From Blastocladiella emersonii ATCC 22665 (Eukaryota; Fungi; Blastocladiomycota): a stretch of DNA of 64,000 nucleotides. Position 1 is the first letter of the stretch; each line of letters opens with the position of its first letter. A model generated the notes under the pieces. That model had not been told where the DNA came from. It saw only the letters and a list, made by a program, of their open reading frames with translations, and ran no database searches. The translations under genes were made by a program, and so were the position numbers. Where the stretch lies: contig JANHCV010000001.1 of NCBI GenBank assembly GCA_025594325.1, forward strand, positions 186,001 through 250,000, given 5' to 3'. Shown here in pieces: positions 10,202-23,329 of the stretch.

Positions 10202-13200
10202 ATGCCACGGTGGCTCGACACCGATGTCCCGGACAAGGTCCTCCATTCATGCTACCACCCGCGCCTGCCGCTGGTCCTCGCCGTGACCGCGACGGCCGCT
10301 TCGGTCCTGTCGTCGTCGGGTGAGTCGATTGCGTCGGTCCCGCTTCCGGCCCCGCCGACGAACGCGAGCGTCTTTGCCCAGGTCCCCGCCAACGCCAACA
10401 CCAATGTATCCACCACCGACCTCGCGGCCGCCGCTGCGACACCCGCTCCGAAGAGCCGTGGCGCGTCGTCAAACAACCTGCTCGCCGGTACCCCGGGCAC
10501 GTCGGGAGCCGCCGACTCGATGCTCCCGCTGACCGCGTGCTGGCACCCGAGCCGCCGCGCATTTGCCGTTGGGCTGAGCAACGGCACGCTCGTGACGTGG
10601 ATCGAGGGCAAGTCGACGGTCACGGCGGGCGCGCATAAGGCGGCCGTCGTCGCTGCAGCATGGATCTCGCCGCCGACATCCAAGGACCTGCGCCTCGCGA
10701 CGGTCGACGCCGAGGGCGCCGTGCTCGTGTTCCGGTGCGAGCCGACCAAGACCACGCGCGTGTGCGACTACCGGTTACCGTCGGGCGGGCCCATCGTGGC
10801 ACTCGCGCCGTTCACGCTTCCGCCCGCGGCAGGCACGCAAGCCGACGACAAGTCGGCTCCTGCTGCCGCGCCGCAGCGCGAGAAGCCCGCCGCCATCCTC
10901 AAGTCGACGACACCGTGCACCTTCCTCGTCGCGTGCCCGAGCCAGATCCTCGTCCTGAGCGACCAGCCCGCGACGGTGCAGATGCACCAGCCGCTCTTCT
11001 CCGTATCCACGTCGACCATTGCGCGCGTCCTGCTTCCGCCCGTCGGGCTTGGAGGCGCCGGCGGCCTGCTCGGCGGGAGCAGCGGGGCGGGCCCGCGGCC
11101 GAACCTGCTCGTCCTGTGCGAGAACGGCCACATCTCGCTGATGACGGTCGTCGAGGGCCAGCGGATCACCAGCACGCAGCAGGTCAAGATTGGCGTGGGC
11201 GCCGGTGCCTACAACCGCCAGCAGGTCCAGTGGTCGGCCGCGTGGCTCGCAGCGCCCGGCCTCGTCGCCGTGTCCAACGGCGGGCAGGTCATTCGGCTCA
11301 TCGACTTTTTCGGCGACGACAGCACCAGTCTCGAGCTCGAGGGTACGTCGGCTGCGCAAAACAGGCAGCGACCCGTGCTCATACAGCGTTCCCATGCGTA
11401 GACACCGAGGACGGTCGCATCAACTCCATCTCGTTTGATGCACCGCGGAACCGCATCGTTGGTACGTCATGTCTCCTCGCTACCTTGCCGCAAGCCTTAA
11501 CAACGTCCATGTAGCGGGGACCGACTCGGGCCACTTGGTCCTGTGGCAGTGCCGCGCCAGGACCAGTGCGAGCGAGACCGATCTGCACCAGCAAGAGCAG
11601 CAGCAGCGCGTCTCCCGCGAGTGGACGGTGCAGCCCAAGACGTCGGTCAGCGCCTGCGTCGACCTCGTCCAGTTCCACCCCGTGTACCCGCTGCTCCTCG
11701 CTCTACGCCGGCAGCAGCTCCGGCTGCTCATGGAGCACTCGCTCGTCGTCGCAGTCGGCGCCGAGTACATTGCCGTGCAGACGGGGCTCAACACGATCGA
11801 GGTCACGCCGCTCGATGCAGGGCCGGCCAGCGGCTCGGCAGCCGCGACGTCGCGCGCCGTCTCCACGGTCAGCGTTCCGGCCGCGTCGTCCGTGACGGGT
11901 CTATCGACGGTGATCACCGTCCCCGCAGCACTCAAGATCCAGGGCATCGCCGTCGGCACCAACCACCTGCTCGTGTGGGGCCCGAGCAAGGCGCAGGTGT
12001 GGCACATCCGCGACAAGTCGGCCGTGGCCGAGTTTGGCCACGCCGCCGAGTCCATGTTCGTGGTGGGCGCAGACACGCTGGTCCAGGTTACGCTGACGCA
12101 CGTCCTGCTGTGCGCCATGACGGGCAAGTCGCACACGTCTATCCAGGTGGCGGCGACGACTGGCACGCCGGGCGAGGACCTCGGGTCGGGCGGCGGCGGG
12201 AACGAGGTCGCCAGCGCGGCCGTCATGGGCGACTACCTCGTCGTGGTCACCAAGAGCCTGCTGCTCTCGGTCATTGAGGTCAGCACCGGCCGCGGTGTGG
12301 TCAACGTGCGCGACCTCGGCAAGCTCGCCATTGCCATGGGACCGACTGCGCCAGAGGGCACGCCCAGCGCGGTGACGCCGGGATCCACCGCGAACCCGCT
12401 CCCGCCCGGTGCCGAGCTCGCCGGAATCTCGGCCGTCGCCATCAACCCTGCCGGCTCGCACGTCGCCATGATCGCCCAGCTCGGCCCGCTCGAGCTCCTG
12501 CTCGTGTACTCCAAGGACGCTGACGCGCTCATCGCGCACCCCGTTCAGGTACGTGTTTCCTTCATCGCCGGATCCATCGAAATTGAGCTCACCCAAGCCC
12601 GCGACCGCGTGTAGCCAATCCGCCTGGCGTGGGACCATGCCGACCCGCGGCTGCTCGCTGCCGAGACGCGCGACATACAGGGCGACGACGCGGGTGCCGT
12701 GCACACCTTCTTTGTCCGCGGCGCCGAGCTGTACGTGCACCAGCAGCAGTCGCACCGTGGACGGCTCGCGACGGTCCGGCTGCCGTACTTTGTGCTGGTC
12801 CCGCCGGACGGCGGAGCCGTGCAGCGCGATCTCCTGTCCGACTTTGTCGAGCTAGGCCTCGGCGGCAGCGGTGGCTCGGGCGGCAGCATCAAGCTCGCGG
12901 CCATGACGAGCGCGCCGAGCCGGTCCGAGCTCGTCCCCGCGACAACGGCAGCCGACCCACCAGCGCCCGTCCTCCTCGACCGCAAGCTCGTGCAGGGCAT
13001 GATGGACTTCCGGTTCTCGCTGGCGCGCGGGCAGATCGACGAGGCGTTCAAGCTAATGCCCGTCAAGTCGAAGCCCATCTGGCTCAGCCTCGCGGCGATG
13101 TGCGTCAAGACCCGCATGTACGACGCGACGCTAGCGTGTCTCGGACACGCGGGCCACGCCATGGCGGTCCGACTCGTCCGCGAGGCACATGCGCGTGGCG

Positions 13201-15251
13201 GGATCGTCGAGGCCCTCGGCGTCGCGGCCGAGCAGCTTGGCATCTCGGACGACGACGTACGCGCCTGGTATGCGTCGAACGAGCGGTGGGACCTCGTCTC
13301 GCGCGTACATGCGTCGCGCGGGGACTGGACCGCGGCGCTCACGGTCGTCAAGGAAAGGGACCGGCTCGCGGTCCCGCGTGCGCACTTTGACCACGCCGTC
13401 GCGCAGCTCCGCGCTGGCGACGTGGACTCGGCCATTGTCGTCCTCGCCGCGTCCGACGCTTCGCCCAGCATCCCACTGCGTCTCCTCGCCGGCCCGCGGC
13501 CAGACGCCGTGGCCAACTTCCTCGCGACCGCGACGCACCCGTCGCACATTCGGTGGCACGCGCAGTGGGCCGAGTCGCAGGGCAACCTGCGCGACGCGCT
13601 GGCGCTGTACAGCAAGGTGGGCGACACGCACGCGGTGGTGCGGCTGCACTGCGAGCTCGGGCAGGTGCGCGAGGCGCGCGACGCGGCGGACGCGGCGCCC
13701 AACCCGGCGGCCAGCTACTACCTCGCGCAGCACTACGAGCGCGCGGGCAAGATCAAGGACGCGGTCGCGTGTTTCGCGCGCGCGCGGTGCCTCGCGCACG
13801 CGGTCCGGCTCGCCCAGGAGCACGCGTTGTACGACGACCTCATGCACCTCGCGCTGCGCGCCACGCCGCCCGTCATGCTCGACGTGGCCGCCTTCTTCGA
13901 GGCCCACCCGACGCCTCCGCCCGCGCCCGCTGCGGCGCGCACCGTTACCGCGGCCGGGTCGCCGCGCCGCGGGAGCCGGCCGGCCGCCCTGGCGGCGACA
14001 GGGCCGACCAACATCGAGCGCGCGATCCGCCTTTACCTACGCGCAGGGCACGCAGCCAAGGCACTCGACCTGGCGTTCGACGAGCAGAACTTTGAGCTGC
14101 TGCTGGACATTGTCACATCACTGGCCACGTCGCACGCGGCTGGATCGTCCAAGGCGGCGCTCGATGCGGCGACGCTGGCGCGGTGCGCCGAGTTCCTGCT
14201 CCTGCACCAGCAGTACCGCAAGGCCGTGGACCTGTACGTGCTGTCGGGCGACGTGTCGCGGGCGCTGGCGCTGTGCGTGCAGCACAAGATCGAGATCACC
14301 GAGGCGTGGTGCGACGCCACGTTCCCCGCGGACAGCGGGACGCCGGTGCCGGCGGCGACGTGGGCGGCGGTCGCGGACGCGTGCATGCAGCAGGGGCAGT
14401 ACGACCTGGCGTCCAAGAAGTACGTGGCGGCGGGCGACAAAGTGGGGGCCATCAAGGCGCTGACCAAGCTCGGCGACGTGTCCAAGGTGGTCTTCTTCGC
14501 GTCCGTGTCGGGGCCCAAGCAGCGCGACATCTACGTGCTGGCGGCCAACTTCCTCCAGTCGCGCGACTGGCGCGCCGAGCCGGCGATCCTGAAGCACATT
14601 GTCACCTTCTACACCAAGGCCAAGGCGTTCGACCACCTGTCCTCGTTCTTCGAGACGTGTGCGCAGATCGAGATCGACGAGTACTCGAGCTACGAGAAGG
14701 CGCTGGGCGCGCTCAAGGAGGCGGCCAAGTGCACGACCAAGTCGTCGACGCTGGCGACCAAGGAGGCGCGGCTGATGCTGCTGAACCGCAAGATGGACAT
14801 GGTGGGCAAGTTCACGGCGGCGCAGGCCGCGGCCAAGACGGGCGTCGAGGACACGCTGCAGCTGTGCGCGGCGCTGCTCAACGACCCGGACATTGAGATC
14901 GGCGTGCGCGTCGGCGACATTTACGCGCTGCTCGTCGAGACGTACCTCGCGCACGGGCACGCGACGCAGGCCAGGGATATCTACACGCGCATGCTCGGCG
15001 CGGTGCCGCTCCGGCTTGTGCCCTTCTACCTCGACGCGGGCGCGCTCGCGGCCGTCGACCCCGAGTTCAAGGACCGGCTCGCGGCGTCCCAGCAGCAGCA
15101 GCAGGGTGCGCCGAGCGCGGTGATCCCGGGCAAGCGGCCGGGGACGGCGGCGGTGGCCGAGGTGGTGGATGACGAGGAGGACCTGGCGCCGCCGTCGTCC
15201 GAGACGAGCGAGCTGAGCGGGCGTGGAGGGATGCGGATGGCGGGAGTCTAA
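10202..15251 (+). CDS. IFT140: Intraflagellar transport protein 140 (WD40 + TPR), four exons
   Basis: WD40 N-terminus (ACWHPSRRAFAVGLSNG) and TPR region with AFKLMPVKSKPIWLSLAAMCVKTR, WHAQWAESQG, ASYYLAQHYE and CAQIEIDEYSSYEKALGALKEA. Introns start near 11343, 11462 and 12548. Confidence 0.9.
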
Positions 15252-15362
15252 GCTGCGTTCGGGTTGACTTGAGAATCGAATCCACATTGAACTGAACCGG
15301 CAACAGTCTATGGAGGGCCCAAAAGTGTGCGAGTGCATGTACACTGATGAGGGAGCGTGGGT

Positions 15363-15389
15363 GGGAGGAGGAGGAGGAGGAGGAGGAGG
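15363..15389. repeat. (GGA)n microsatellite between the convergent 3' ends of IFT140 and NEM1
   Basis: About 9 tandem GGA units read directly. Confidence 0.9.
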
Positions 15390-15394
15390 TCGGA

Positions 15395-16528
15395 TCAAGG
15401 GCTGTACAAGCGGAGGCCGAGCACGCTTCGCACGTCCTCGGCAAAGCGCAGGGCGTCGAGGAAGGGGAGGAGCTCGAGCAGGGCCTCGTCCTGCTGGTCG
15501 CTGACCCAGCCCTCGATGGGGATGCCGTTGGCCTGGTTGATGGCGTAGGAGATGGGCGAGTTGTCGAGGAGGCAAACTTGCGAGAGGTCGGGCTCGACGA
15601 CGGCAAGGTCCTTGAGGTAGGTGCCCCCGTGCTGGATGCACGACTGTCGGAAGTAGCGCTTGGCGATGAGGCCGCGATGGCCGTCGAGAAAGTCGATGAC
15701 GGGGTCGGCGTACTCTTGCAGCGAGGCTGTGTAGATGACGACCTTGTACCACTCGGCGACCTTGCGCAGGAAGAAGTCGACGTGCGGGCGCTTGTAGACG
15801 TAGTAGAGGCACTTGTGGTGGTCGATGGTGACCTCGATGAGGTGGTCGCACCGGCGCAGGCCGCGCGAGGTGGAGTGGATCAGGGTCTCGTCGAGGTCGA
15901 GGACCAGGGTCTTCTTGCGCAGGGCCGGGTGGCGCGGGACCCGGCCGAGCGAGGCGGTCACGGACGGCGAGCTCGAGGTGGTGCGGCCGACGCCGCCGCC
16001 GAGCGCGCGTGCCACGGTGCCGGGTGTTGGAGTTTTACTGGCGGCGCCCGAGCCAGTTCGCCGCGCGCGGAGCCCGTTTTTGGGCGTGCCGCTACCCGGA
16101 CTGCCCGGGCTGCCCGGTGGCGACGATCGCGCCGAGGAGCCCGCCGAAGGGACGCGCGATGGTGGTCCCATGCGCGGGCTCCGCAGTGGTACGGAGGATG
16201 CGGCGGCGGCGGCACGGCCGGGTGCGAGCTGGCCGACGACGGCGACGGGGAGCCAGGGCAGGACGAGGCCCATGAGGCGACTGAAGATGCCGCCCATGAG
16301 GACGCGCAGGATCGCGGCGAGGGTGGACGAGTGCGCGGAGGAGGTTGGGGTAGGTGGGAGGGCCGATCGCGACGAGGGCGTGCGTGCGGCGATGGGGCTG
16401 CGCGGTGGGAGCGGGCGCTTGGCCGTGGCGGCAGCGACGGCAGCAGCAGAGGACGCGAGGGCGGCAGCGGCGGCAAAGGCGGTCGCGGACTTTGTCACGG
16501 TGGCAGTGGCGGTGGGTGCCGAGGACAT
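15395..16528 (-). CDS. NEM1: Nem1/CTDNEP1 (Dullard) HAD phosphatase, NIF domain
   Basis: KKTLVLDLDETLIHS catalytic DxDxT motif, YYVYKRPHVDFFL, LDNSPISY, LLELLPFLDALRFAEDVRSVL, and an N-terminal hydrophobic segment. Confidence 0.85.
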   Translation of the reverse strand: MSSAPTATATVTKSATAFAAAAALASSAAAVAAATAKRPLPPRSPIAARTPSSRSALPPTPTSSAHSSTLAAILRVLMGGIFSRLMGLVLPWLPVAVVGQLAPGRAAAAASSVPLRSPRMGPPSRVPSAGSSARSSPPGSPGSPGSGTPKNGLRARRTGSGAASKTPTPGTVARALGGGVGRTTSSSPSVTASLGRVPRHPALRKKTLVLDLDETLIHSTSRGLRRCDHLIEVTIDHHKCLYYVYKRPHVDFFLRKVAEWYKVVIYTASLQEYADPVIDFLDGHRGLIAKRYFRQSCIQHGGTYLKDLAVVEPDLSQVCLLDNSPISYAINQANGIPIEGWVSDQQDEALLELLPFLDALRFAEDVRSVLGLRLYSP

Positions 16529-16688
16529 GGGCGGCGGCCGAGCGATGAGGAGCGCTGGTCACGACGGCGGCGATGGAGCGGTCGCGCGTCAATTCAGATG
16601 CATGGAGCGCCTATGGCGACTTTACCGAGTTCGTTTACTTACTGGCGTGCGCGTGATGCAGGGAAGAGGGGATGGGAGGGAGCGGGAC

Positions 16689-16736
16689 GGGAGCGGCGCG
16701 GGGAGCGGCGCGGGGAGCGGCGCGGGGAGCGGCGCG
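16689..16736. repeat. 12-bp tandem repeat (GGGAGCGGCGCG)x4 in the divergent NEM1/ANKRD40 promoter
   Basis: Four exact copies read directly. Confidence 0.9.
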
Positions 16737-16875
16737 GGCGTCGCCGTCGCTCGCGGGGCCAAGCGCCACGTGGGGCGGCCGCTGCTCTGGCCAAGGGAAC
16801 TGCTCTGGCCGCTGCTGCTCATCGAGCCCGTCGACGTGCGACCCTCTCTCTCCCCCATCAACTCCCCAACCCGCA

Positions 16876-17748
16876 ATGACCGCCACCATGGAGCCGGCAC
16901 AACCGCCCGCAATCGCCTACGACGAGCGCGAGGAGCTGTTCCGCGAGGCCGCGGCGCTCGGCAACCTCAAGACCGTGCTGCACTACCTGCAGGCCGGCGT
17001 CAACCCGAACGCTCGCAACAAGCTCAACGGCATGACTCCGCTGCACTGGGCCGCCCAGCGCGGCCACCTCGAGATCGTCGAGGCCCTGCTGCGCCACGGC
17101 GCCGACCCCGCCCTCGCCGACGCCAAGGGCCGTGCCCCGCACGCGCTCGCCAAGAAGCCCGACGTGCTCGCCGCCCTCGGCGCCGCGGTCCCCGCCGATC
17201 TCGCTCCCAACGAGGCCGCCGCCGAGCTCCCGATCCAGCCCAACTACCTGCGCGAGCCCGACCTCGCCAAGACGTGGCTCGCGCCCAACGAGCTGCCGCC
17301 TGGTGCCGCCCCCGTCATCCTCAAGGAGGCCGATCGCCCTGTCCCCAAGCCCGAGACCGTGGTTGTCGCGGGTCCCGCCGCCGCCGCCGCCGCCGTCGCT
17401 GCGCCCGCCCCGCCGGCACCAACGGCCGCCGCCGCCGAGCCGCTCGAGCTCATTGTCGTCGACCACACGTCGGGCGATTACCTCGGCGCCGTGCTCGTCG
17501 ACCGCGACCTGCCCATCGTGGGCGCCGTCGAGCTGGTGCGCCAGGAGCTGCTGGCGCCCCGCGAGGCCATCGCCGGCCGCGTCTTCCGCGTGCGCGAGCA
17601 CCGCGGCCGCGACGCCATGCTGCCCGTCCCCACCACCCAGTTCCGCCGGTACTCGGTCGGCCAGTTCTGGGGCAACGGCGAGGAGTTCCGCATCGAGACG
17701 GTCACCGCGGGCGACCTCGAGGCCAAGGTGAGCCTCGGCTGCTCGTGA
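16876..17748 (+). CDS. ANKRD40-like ankyrin repeat protein
   Basis: EELFREAAALGNL..NGMTPLHWAAQRGH and LPIQPNYL parallel ANKRD40 (RLREAAALGD..NGWTCLHWACKR..LPFVPNYL). Confidence 0.7.
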   Translation: MTATMEPAQPPAIAYDEREELFREAAALGNLKTVLHYLQAGVNPNARNKLNGMTPLHWAAQRGHLEIVEALLRHGADPALADAKGRAPHALAKKPDVLAALGAAVPADLAPNEAAAELPIQPNYLREPDLAKTWLAPNELPPGAAPVILKEADRPVPKPETVVVAGPAAAAAAVAAPAPPAPTAAAAEPLELIVVDHTSGDYLGAVLVDRDLPIVGAVELVRQELLAPREAIAGRVFRVREHRGRDAMLPVPTTQFRRYSVGQFWGNGEEFRIETVTAGDLEAKVSLGCS

Positions 17749-18006
17749 GAGGGAGGAGGGAAAAATACATTTAGATATCCATGTTCGCGCCGACGGCAGC
17801 AGCGTGGGACGCGATGGCAGGGACCCGACCCCGCGAGCGGGGCGGCGGTTGGCGGCGACGCGGGCCGGCCGCATCGGCGCGCCAAGCACGCGGATCGCGC
17901 CGACGCCGCCCTCTCCTCGCCAACGCCAACGCCATGCAACTTTGACTGCCCGTGCCGCTCCCGCCGCACGCCACTTGCCGCACTGCCCTCGCCCGCGACG
18001 CCCGCC

Positions 18007-21000
18007 ATGTCCACGCCCGACCCTGGGTCCTCGACGGGGAGCTCCGGCTCCGGCTCTTCCATGTCGCCGCCCGTCACCTCCGCCCCGGCTCTGGCCTCGA
18101 CCGCGCCACCCCCATCCGCCCCGGCAACCGTCATCGTCGCGACCCCCGAGTCCATTGCCGCCGCCGTCTCGCCCTCGGGCACCTACCTCCTGCCCGTCAA
18201 GCGCGCCCGCACCTCGCAGGTCCGCTTCCTTTCTCCCGCACACTCGACTGGTCCTGAACCCCTACTGATCTTCGGACCACGATAGGCCTGCGACTGGTGC
18301 CGCAAACGCAAGCAAAAGTGCAACGGCGAGCTACCCTGTCGCCACTGCTACGAGCACGGCCTCAACTGCCAGTACTCGCTGCAGGGCAACCGCCGCTCCT
18401 CGGCCAAGGCAGCCAAGCTCGCTGCTGCCGCCGCTGGTGCTTCTGTCCCGTCCGAGGCCTCAACGGCTCCCGCCGCCGTGCCCGCGACCCGCGCGTCCGA
18501 TCCCGGCCACGCGCAGTCGGGTCCCGCCCCTGCTGTCCCCGTCGCTGCCGCTGCCCCCGATCCGCACGCTCCCGGCCACGCGGCCGGCGGTCCGTGCAAG
18601 AGCCGCGGCTGCGGCCGCAAGCGCGACTCGGTGCCCGTCCACCCGCACATTGCCCAGCAGCAGCACCCGTACGCTCGACCCGACGGATCGGCTGCAGATC
18701 CCGTCGGCTCCGCGTCCTCCGCCACCGCCGCCGTGTGTCCAAACACGGCAACCGCACCCGCCGCTGCGGTCCCGGCGGCTTCTGGCGCCTGCCAGCTGAG
18801 CAACGCGTCGGGCGGGCACTCCTTCTCCCCGGGTGCCGCCACCGCTCCCTCAACCTCGGCGCCCGCTCGCCAGGCCACCGCCGCCGACATTGACGACATC
18901 TCCAACAACATGATGCTGATCGTCACCCTCGACGAGGACGGCAACGCCAAGTCCTACTCGAACCTCGGCCACTCGAACGGCATGTACCTGCTGCAAAAGT
19001 GGTCAAAGTCGCTCTCCGAGGGCGTCGTCTACCAGCAGTCCTTTTACGAGCAGCGCGTCCCCGCCCGCGAGCTGCTGCGCGAGCAGGCCCTGTTCCCGAC
19101 CCGCGCCTTTGCCGAGCTGATGCTCAACGTCTACTTTGACACCAAGCACCGGTCGCTGCCCTTCCTCGACCGCGCCGAGATCTTTGCCGAGCTCGACAAG
19201 CCGAGCCCCAACTACTTTCTGCTCAACGCCGCCCTCGCGTGCGGCTGCATGGGCTTCGAGTTCATCCGCGGCCTCAACGTCCTCAACAGCCGCATGCTGC
19301 TCTCGCGCCTGTTTGCCGAGCGCGCCAAGGCCCGCCTCTTCCGCCTCGTCTCGGCCCACGTCCACTCGGTCGAGTCGGTCCAGGCGACCATGCTGCTCGT
19401 CTGCCACGCACTCAACGTCCCCGGCCACTCGCCCTGGGTCCTGCTCGGCATGGCCGTCTCGATCGCCATCGATCTCGGCCTCCATCTCGACCTGCGCGCT
19501 GCCCAGTTCCGCAAGGTGCAGCTCTGCCTCCCCACTATCTCCAAGACGTGGGCCTTTGTCTTTGCGACCGACCGCCTCGTGTCCATGTCCATGGGGAGGC
19601 CGCTCATGATTCACGACGAGGACGCCTTCCTCAACTTCGACACGTTCCTCGCCACCCCCGAGAACCTCGCCGAGTACCCGGCCGAGATCCTCGTCGCGCC
19701 CGACGACTATTTCGTGTGGTCCGTCAAGCTGCTCGACATTGGCGGCAAGATCATCCGCAGCCTCAACTCGATTGAGCAGCGCCGCCGCCTGCAGTACTCG
19801 ATGGTCGAGCTGCACGCGCTCCTGACGCGGTACCGCGCCGAGCTGCCGCCCAAGTTCCAGTTCTGCCCCGCCGTGCGCGACGTCAACCTGCGCACCCAGG
19901 CCGCAAGTCTGAACCTCCGCTACTACACCCTGATCATCGCCCTGTACCGCCCGCTCGTCTCGGCCAAGTCGACCGTCATCGAGTCGCCGCTCAAGCAGCA
20001 GTACCTCTCGCTCCTTGAGGGCTCGCTCGTCGCCATGATCCAGATCCTGACCCACATCCGCGAGCACATGGTCCTCTACCCGTTTACTCCTGGGCATGAG
20101 ACACTTACAATGCTCTCCGTGTGCGTCCTGCTCGTCGCCAACGACACGTCGCCCACCCGCGCCGTCGCCCGGAACGTGCTGGGCTACCTCGCGCGCATCC
20201 ACGAGATCGTCGTCGCGGCCTCGGTCACCTGGCCCGTCCTGACGCACCTGCTCCGTGCCGTCGTCGAGATCCAGGCCTCGGTCCGCGGCGTGGTCCAGGA
20301 CTTTACGCCCATCGACGCCCACGTCGTCTGGGTCATGTCCCGCGTCGACCAGGCGTCCGAGGCCGTCCACGACCTCCTCGACTCGTCCGTCGTCGAGCAG
20401 CAGGCGCGCCAGGCACGCATCGCCGAGTGGTACACGCAGCTCGCCGACACGCACGCGTCCGATACTGCGTCCGCGTCGGCGACGACAGCCGCGCTCGCCT
20501 CAGCCGCCGTCGCTACGGTCGCGGGCTTGACGAACGGTGTCCAGCCCGTCAACGGCGCTCTTCTGGGTTCCAGCGCCGCGACGCAGTACGCGCAACATCA
20601 GCAGCAGCAACACTACGCCGCGCCGCACACACAGTCGTACCCGGCCGCTGCGCCTACCCCGGCGCCGGCGTCGTACTCGGCGTGGCCTACTTCTTCGGTG
20701 CCCGCGGCACCCGCTCCCGCGCCAGTCGTATACGCCAACGCCGCTCCCGCTCCCGCTCCTGCAGCAGCAGCAACAGCAGCGCCGTCCGCCGACGTCATGA
20801 TGGCGCCGCTCCCGACGTTCCCCGAACCGTTCGCCGCGCATCACCTCGGCACCATCCTCGACTGGTCGTCGAGCGACGACGAGCTCACGGCCGCTGGACT
20901 CGGGTTCGCGCAGCTGCCGCCCGATCCCGCCGCCTTCTTTGGCGACACGTCGGCGTTGGCCGTGATACAGCAACAGCAGTCTGTCGCCGCGGGGCAGCCG

Positions 21001-21204
21001 CACTACCAGCACCACCAACAACATCAGCAGCAGTCGCACCAGCAACAGCATCAGCAGTTTGCGCAGGGCGGCGGCGGCATCACGCAGCAGGCGATGCGCG
21101 AGCTCGAGGAGCTGCTCGCGGGCAACGGCACGGACGACCTGTTCGCGGGCGACTCGGGGCTCAGCGCGCAGGGCGGGCAGGATGGCGAGGCCATGGAGAT
21201 GTAG
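18007..21204 (+). CDS. Zn2Cys6 (GAL4-type) transcription factor with fungal middle-homology region
   Basis: An intron near 18220-18285 joins KRARTSQ to ACDWCRKRKQKCNGELPCRHCYEHGLNC. MHR text includes SVESVQATMLL and LGMAVSIAIDLGLH; the tail is Gln-rich. Confidence 0.9.
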
Positions 21205-21440
21205 CGGTGCTGCTGCTCTTGTCGGATTTACCATACACTACACTACATACCTCGAGAACACAAAGCGGACCAAGCCTTAGAGATGTGAAACGCGCGGTCA
21301 CATGATTGATCGACGCGTCTCGCGCCGTGTCTCGCGTTCCGCACGGGCGCGGTTATGCCCGCAGTCACGACACATAAAACATGTCGGATAAATGTGGTGT
21401 AAAATCAACGAGCGATTTACTGCGATGAAACAAGCAAAAC

Positions 21441-23059
21441 TTACAGCGGCCAGAGCTCGAGCAACCCGCGCAGCAGCGGCTTCCCTTGGACGCGTGGCAG
21501 CGGGAACACGGAGTCAAACTCGACGTCCCATCCAGTGCCGGCCTTGATTCCCTCGGCGTTTTTCCATGATTTCACGGTCGTGTCAAGGACCTGTGAAGTC
21601 TCGCTGACCCGAAAGAGGGTGAGACGCACCCCAAACAACGGCGAGGTCCGACGGTCGTTGTATGTGGACGTTGAGTATGTGGACGTTGAGTAAGAACTTG
21701 GCTCGGAGACTCGAAGTCTACAATTCTGGATTAGTTTGAAGTTTGAACGCGGCAATTGTGACATGCGCACGTACAGTTGTAACTTGAGGACGTCCTCGAA
21801 AGCGGGCTTGGGCGTTGCCGACCTTTGCCAGACTTGAACTGACCATGAGCTGCCAGCAAAATCGAACCTCTGGATGTGATTGTTGTTGATCCCGTAATCA
21901 TTAGGATCCAGTGCGAACTTGAATGGGTACCGGAACACAATGTGCTGGCTTGGCTTGCTGAGGAACGCCGCAAGCGCCGAGTATCGGCCACTACTCGGCT
22001 GCATTTCATTATCGTTGTGGAAGGTGAATTCGGAGCCTACCAGTGGATTAGACTCGATTTCAGTAGTAGCAAACAACCGCTTCGTATCCCGTTTGGCATT
22101 CGCGATGGCGGGCTGGAGCGCGGTCGCGTCGTAACCCGCCGCCTTGATACACGCGCAGAAGGCGGGATCGCGGGCGGCAAAGCCCGAAGTAGTTGGTTTT
22201 CGAAGCTGGCCGCGAGACATGGAGGAGAAGCGGACGGCGTCCAGGATCTCGGTCGGGAGAAGCGCATCAAAGTTGCAAAGAAATGCGTAGCGGTTGACTT
22301 CTTCAAGAGCCCAGAAATCGCTTGTGAGCAAGACGTGGCGAACGAACGATGCTGGACATTGCTTCAGAATAGTTCGAGTAGCAGTGTGCGTGCCCAGGAA
22401 CTTGAGCTGTGCAGCTGTTCGTTCAACGATCGTCGAAACTGCTTCTGGGACAAAGCGGCCAGCATAGTGAGTGATGAGGCGGGAAACTAATAGACCGAAG
22501 CGCTCGAGTGACGATCCGCCAGCGGTTTCGCACTCGGCCAGACGGCAAGCGAGGTACTTGGTCTACACCGAGGAGTCACCTAGGCAATCACGCGCACCAC
22601 GTTGCGGTTAGTCCTTGCACATTGCTTGGACGCTGCTGAAACTGTTAGGCTTTCAAAGGTACCGAAGTAGGTCGCAGTCTCGCTGATGTCGATGAACGAG
22701 TCGGGCGAGACGCGAAGGTCCAGGAGCTCGTTGCAGCCGCCGTAGAGTGACACGAGGAAGGTCTCCCATGCGTACAGCGTGCGTTCGGCGACACATTCCG
22801 CCCCACTATCGGAACAAACCGAGTAATCCAGGTTCAGCGTACAACCATCGATGGGCGAATGCCACGTATCAGTCAAGATGGCTGCAAAGTAGGCGCCTTG
22901 GACCAGGACAGCTCGGTGCAGCGCATATGCGCGACCGTGGACCACGACCGTGATATCCGACTGGTCGCCGCTGATGGCGAGCTTCCGTAGATGGAGGATG
23001 TGGGGCAAGGCCGTGGCAATACACTTGCACTCTGTGGCAAGCGTTTCTTTGGAGCTCAT
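21441..23059 (-). CDS. BTB-BACK protein with C-terminal beta-sandwich (germ cell-less/Btb2-like); possible in-frame stop
   Basis: BTB motif GDQSDITVVVHGRAYALHRAVLVQGAYF, BACK-like TILKQCPASFVRHVLLTSDFWALEE, and FDFAGSSWSVQV. Paralogous to 58600..60304. Splicing at the conserved YF intron puts a TAG in frame at 22565-22563. Confidence 0.6.
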
Positions 23060-23213
23060 TTCGAGTAGCAGTTCGGGTTCGGGCGTCGGGAGAGAGTGTA
23101 ACGAACTGGAGGGTTTGTTTCTTGGTTTCTCTTGGCCAAAAAGGGACAATTCAGCGCGCATTCACTCATGCTGCTAAAGGCGAGGCGTGATCATGATCAG
23201 CAGGGGGTGAAAC

Positions 23214-23258
23214 GCGACGCGTGACTGCGACGCGTCGTTTTCGCATGGCGCGACGCGT
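23214..23258 (+). promoter_or_regulatory. Triple GCGACGCGT (MCB-like ACGCGT core) cluster in the divergent BTB/CATSPER2 promoter
   Basis: Copies at 23214, 23227 and 23250, about 70-115 nt upstream of the CATSPER2 ATG. Confidence 0.55.
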
Positions 23259-23329
23259 TCGCTCGCCCTCTCGACGGTCATGCAATACTCGCACTCCCAT
23301 GCATCTGGAAAAACCTAACTTCTTGCATC

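Noticed and set aside
21658-21690. 15-bp tandem duplication (YSTST x2) inside the BTB gene
   Set aside because: An in-frame local slippage of two units, not an array or CRISPR-like repeat.
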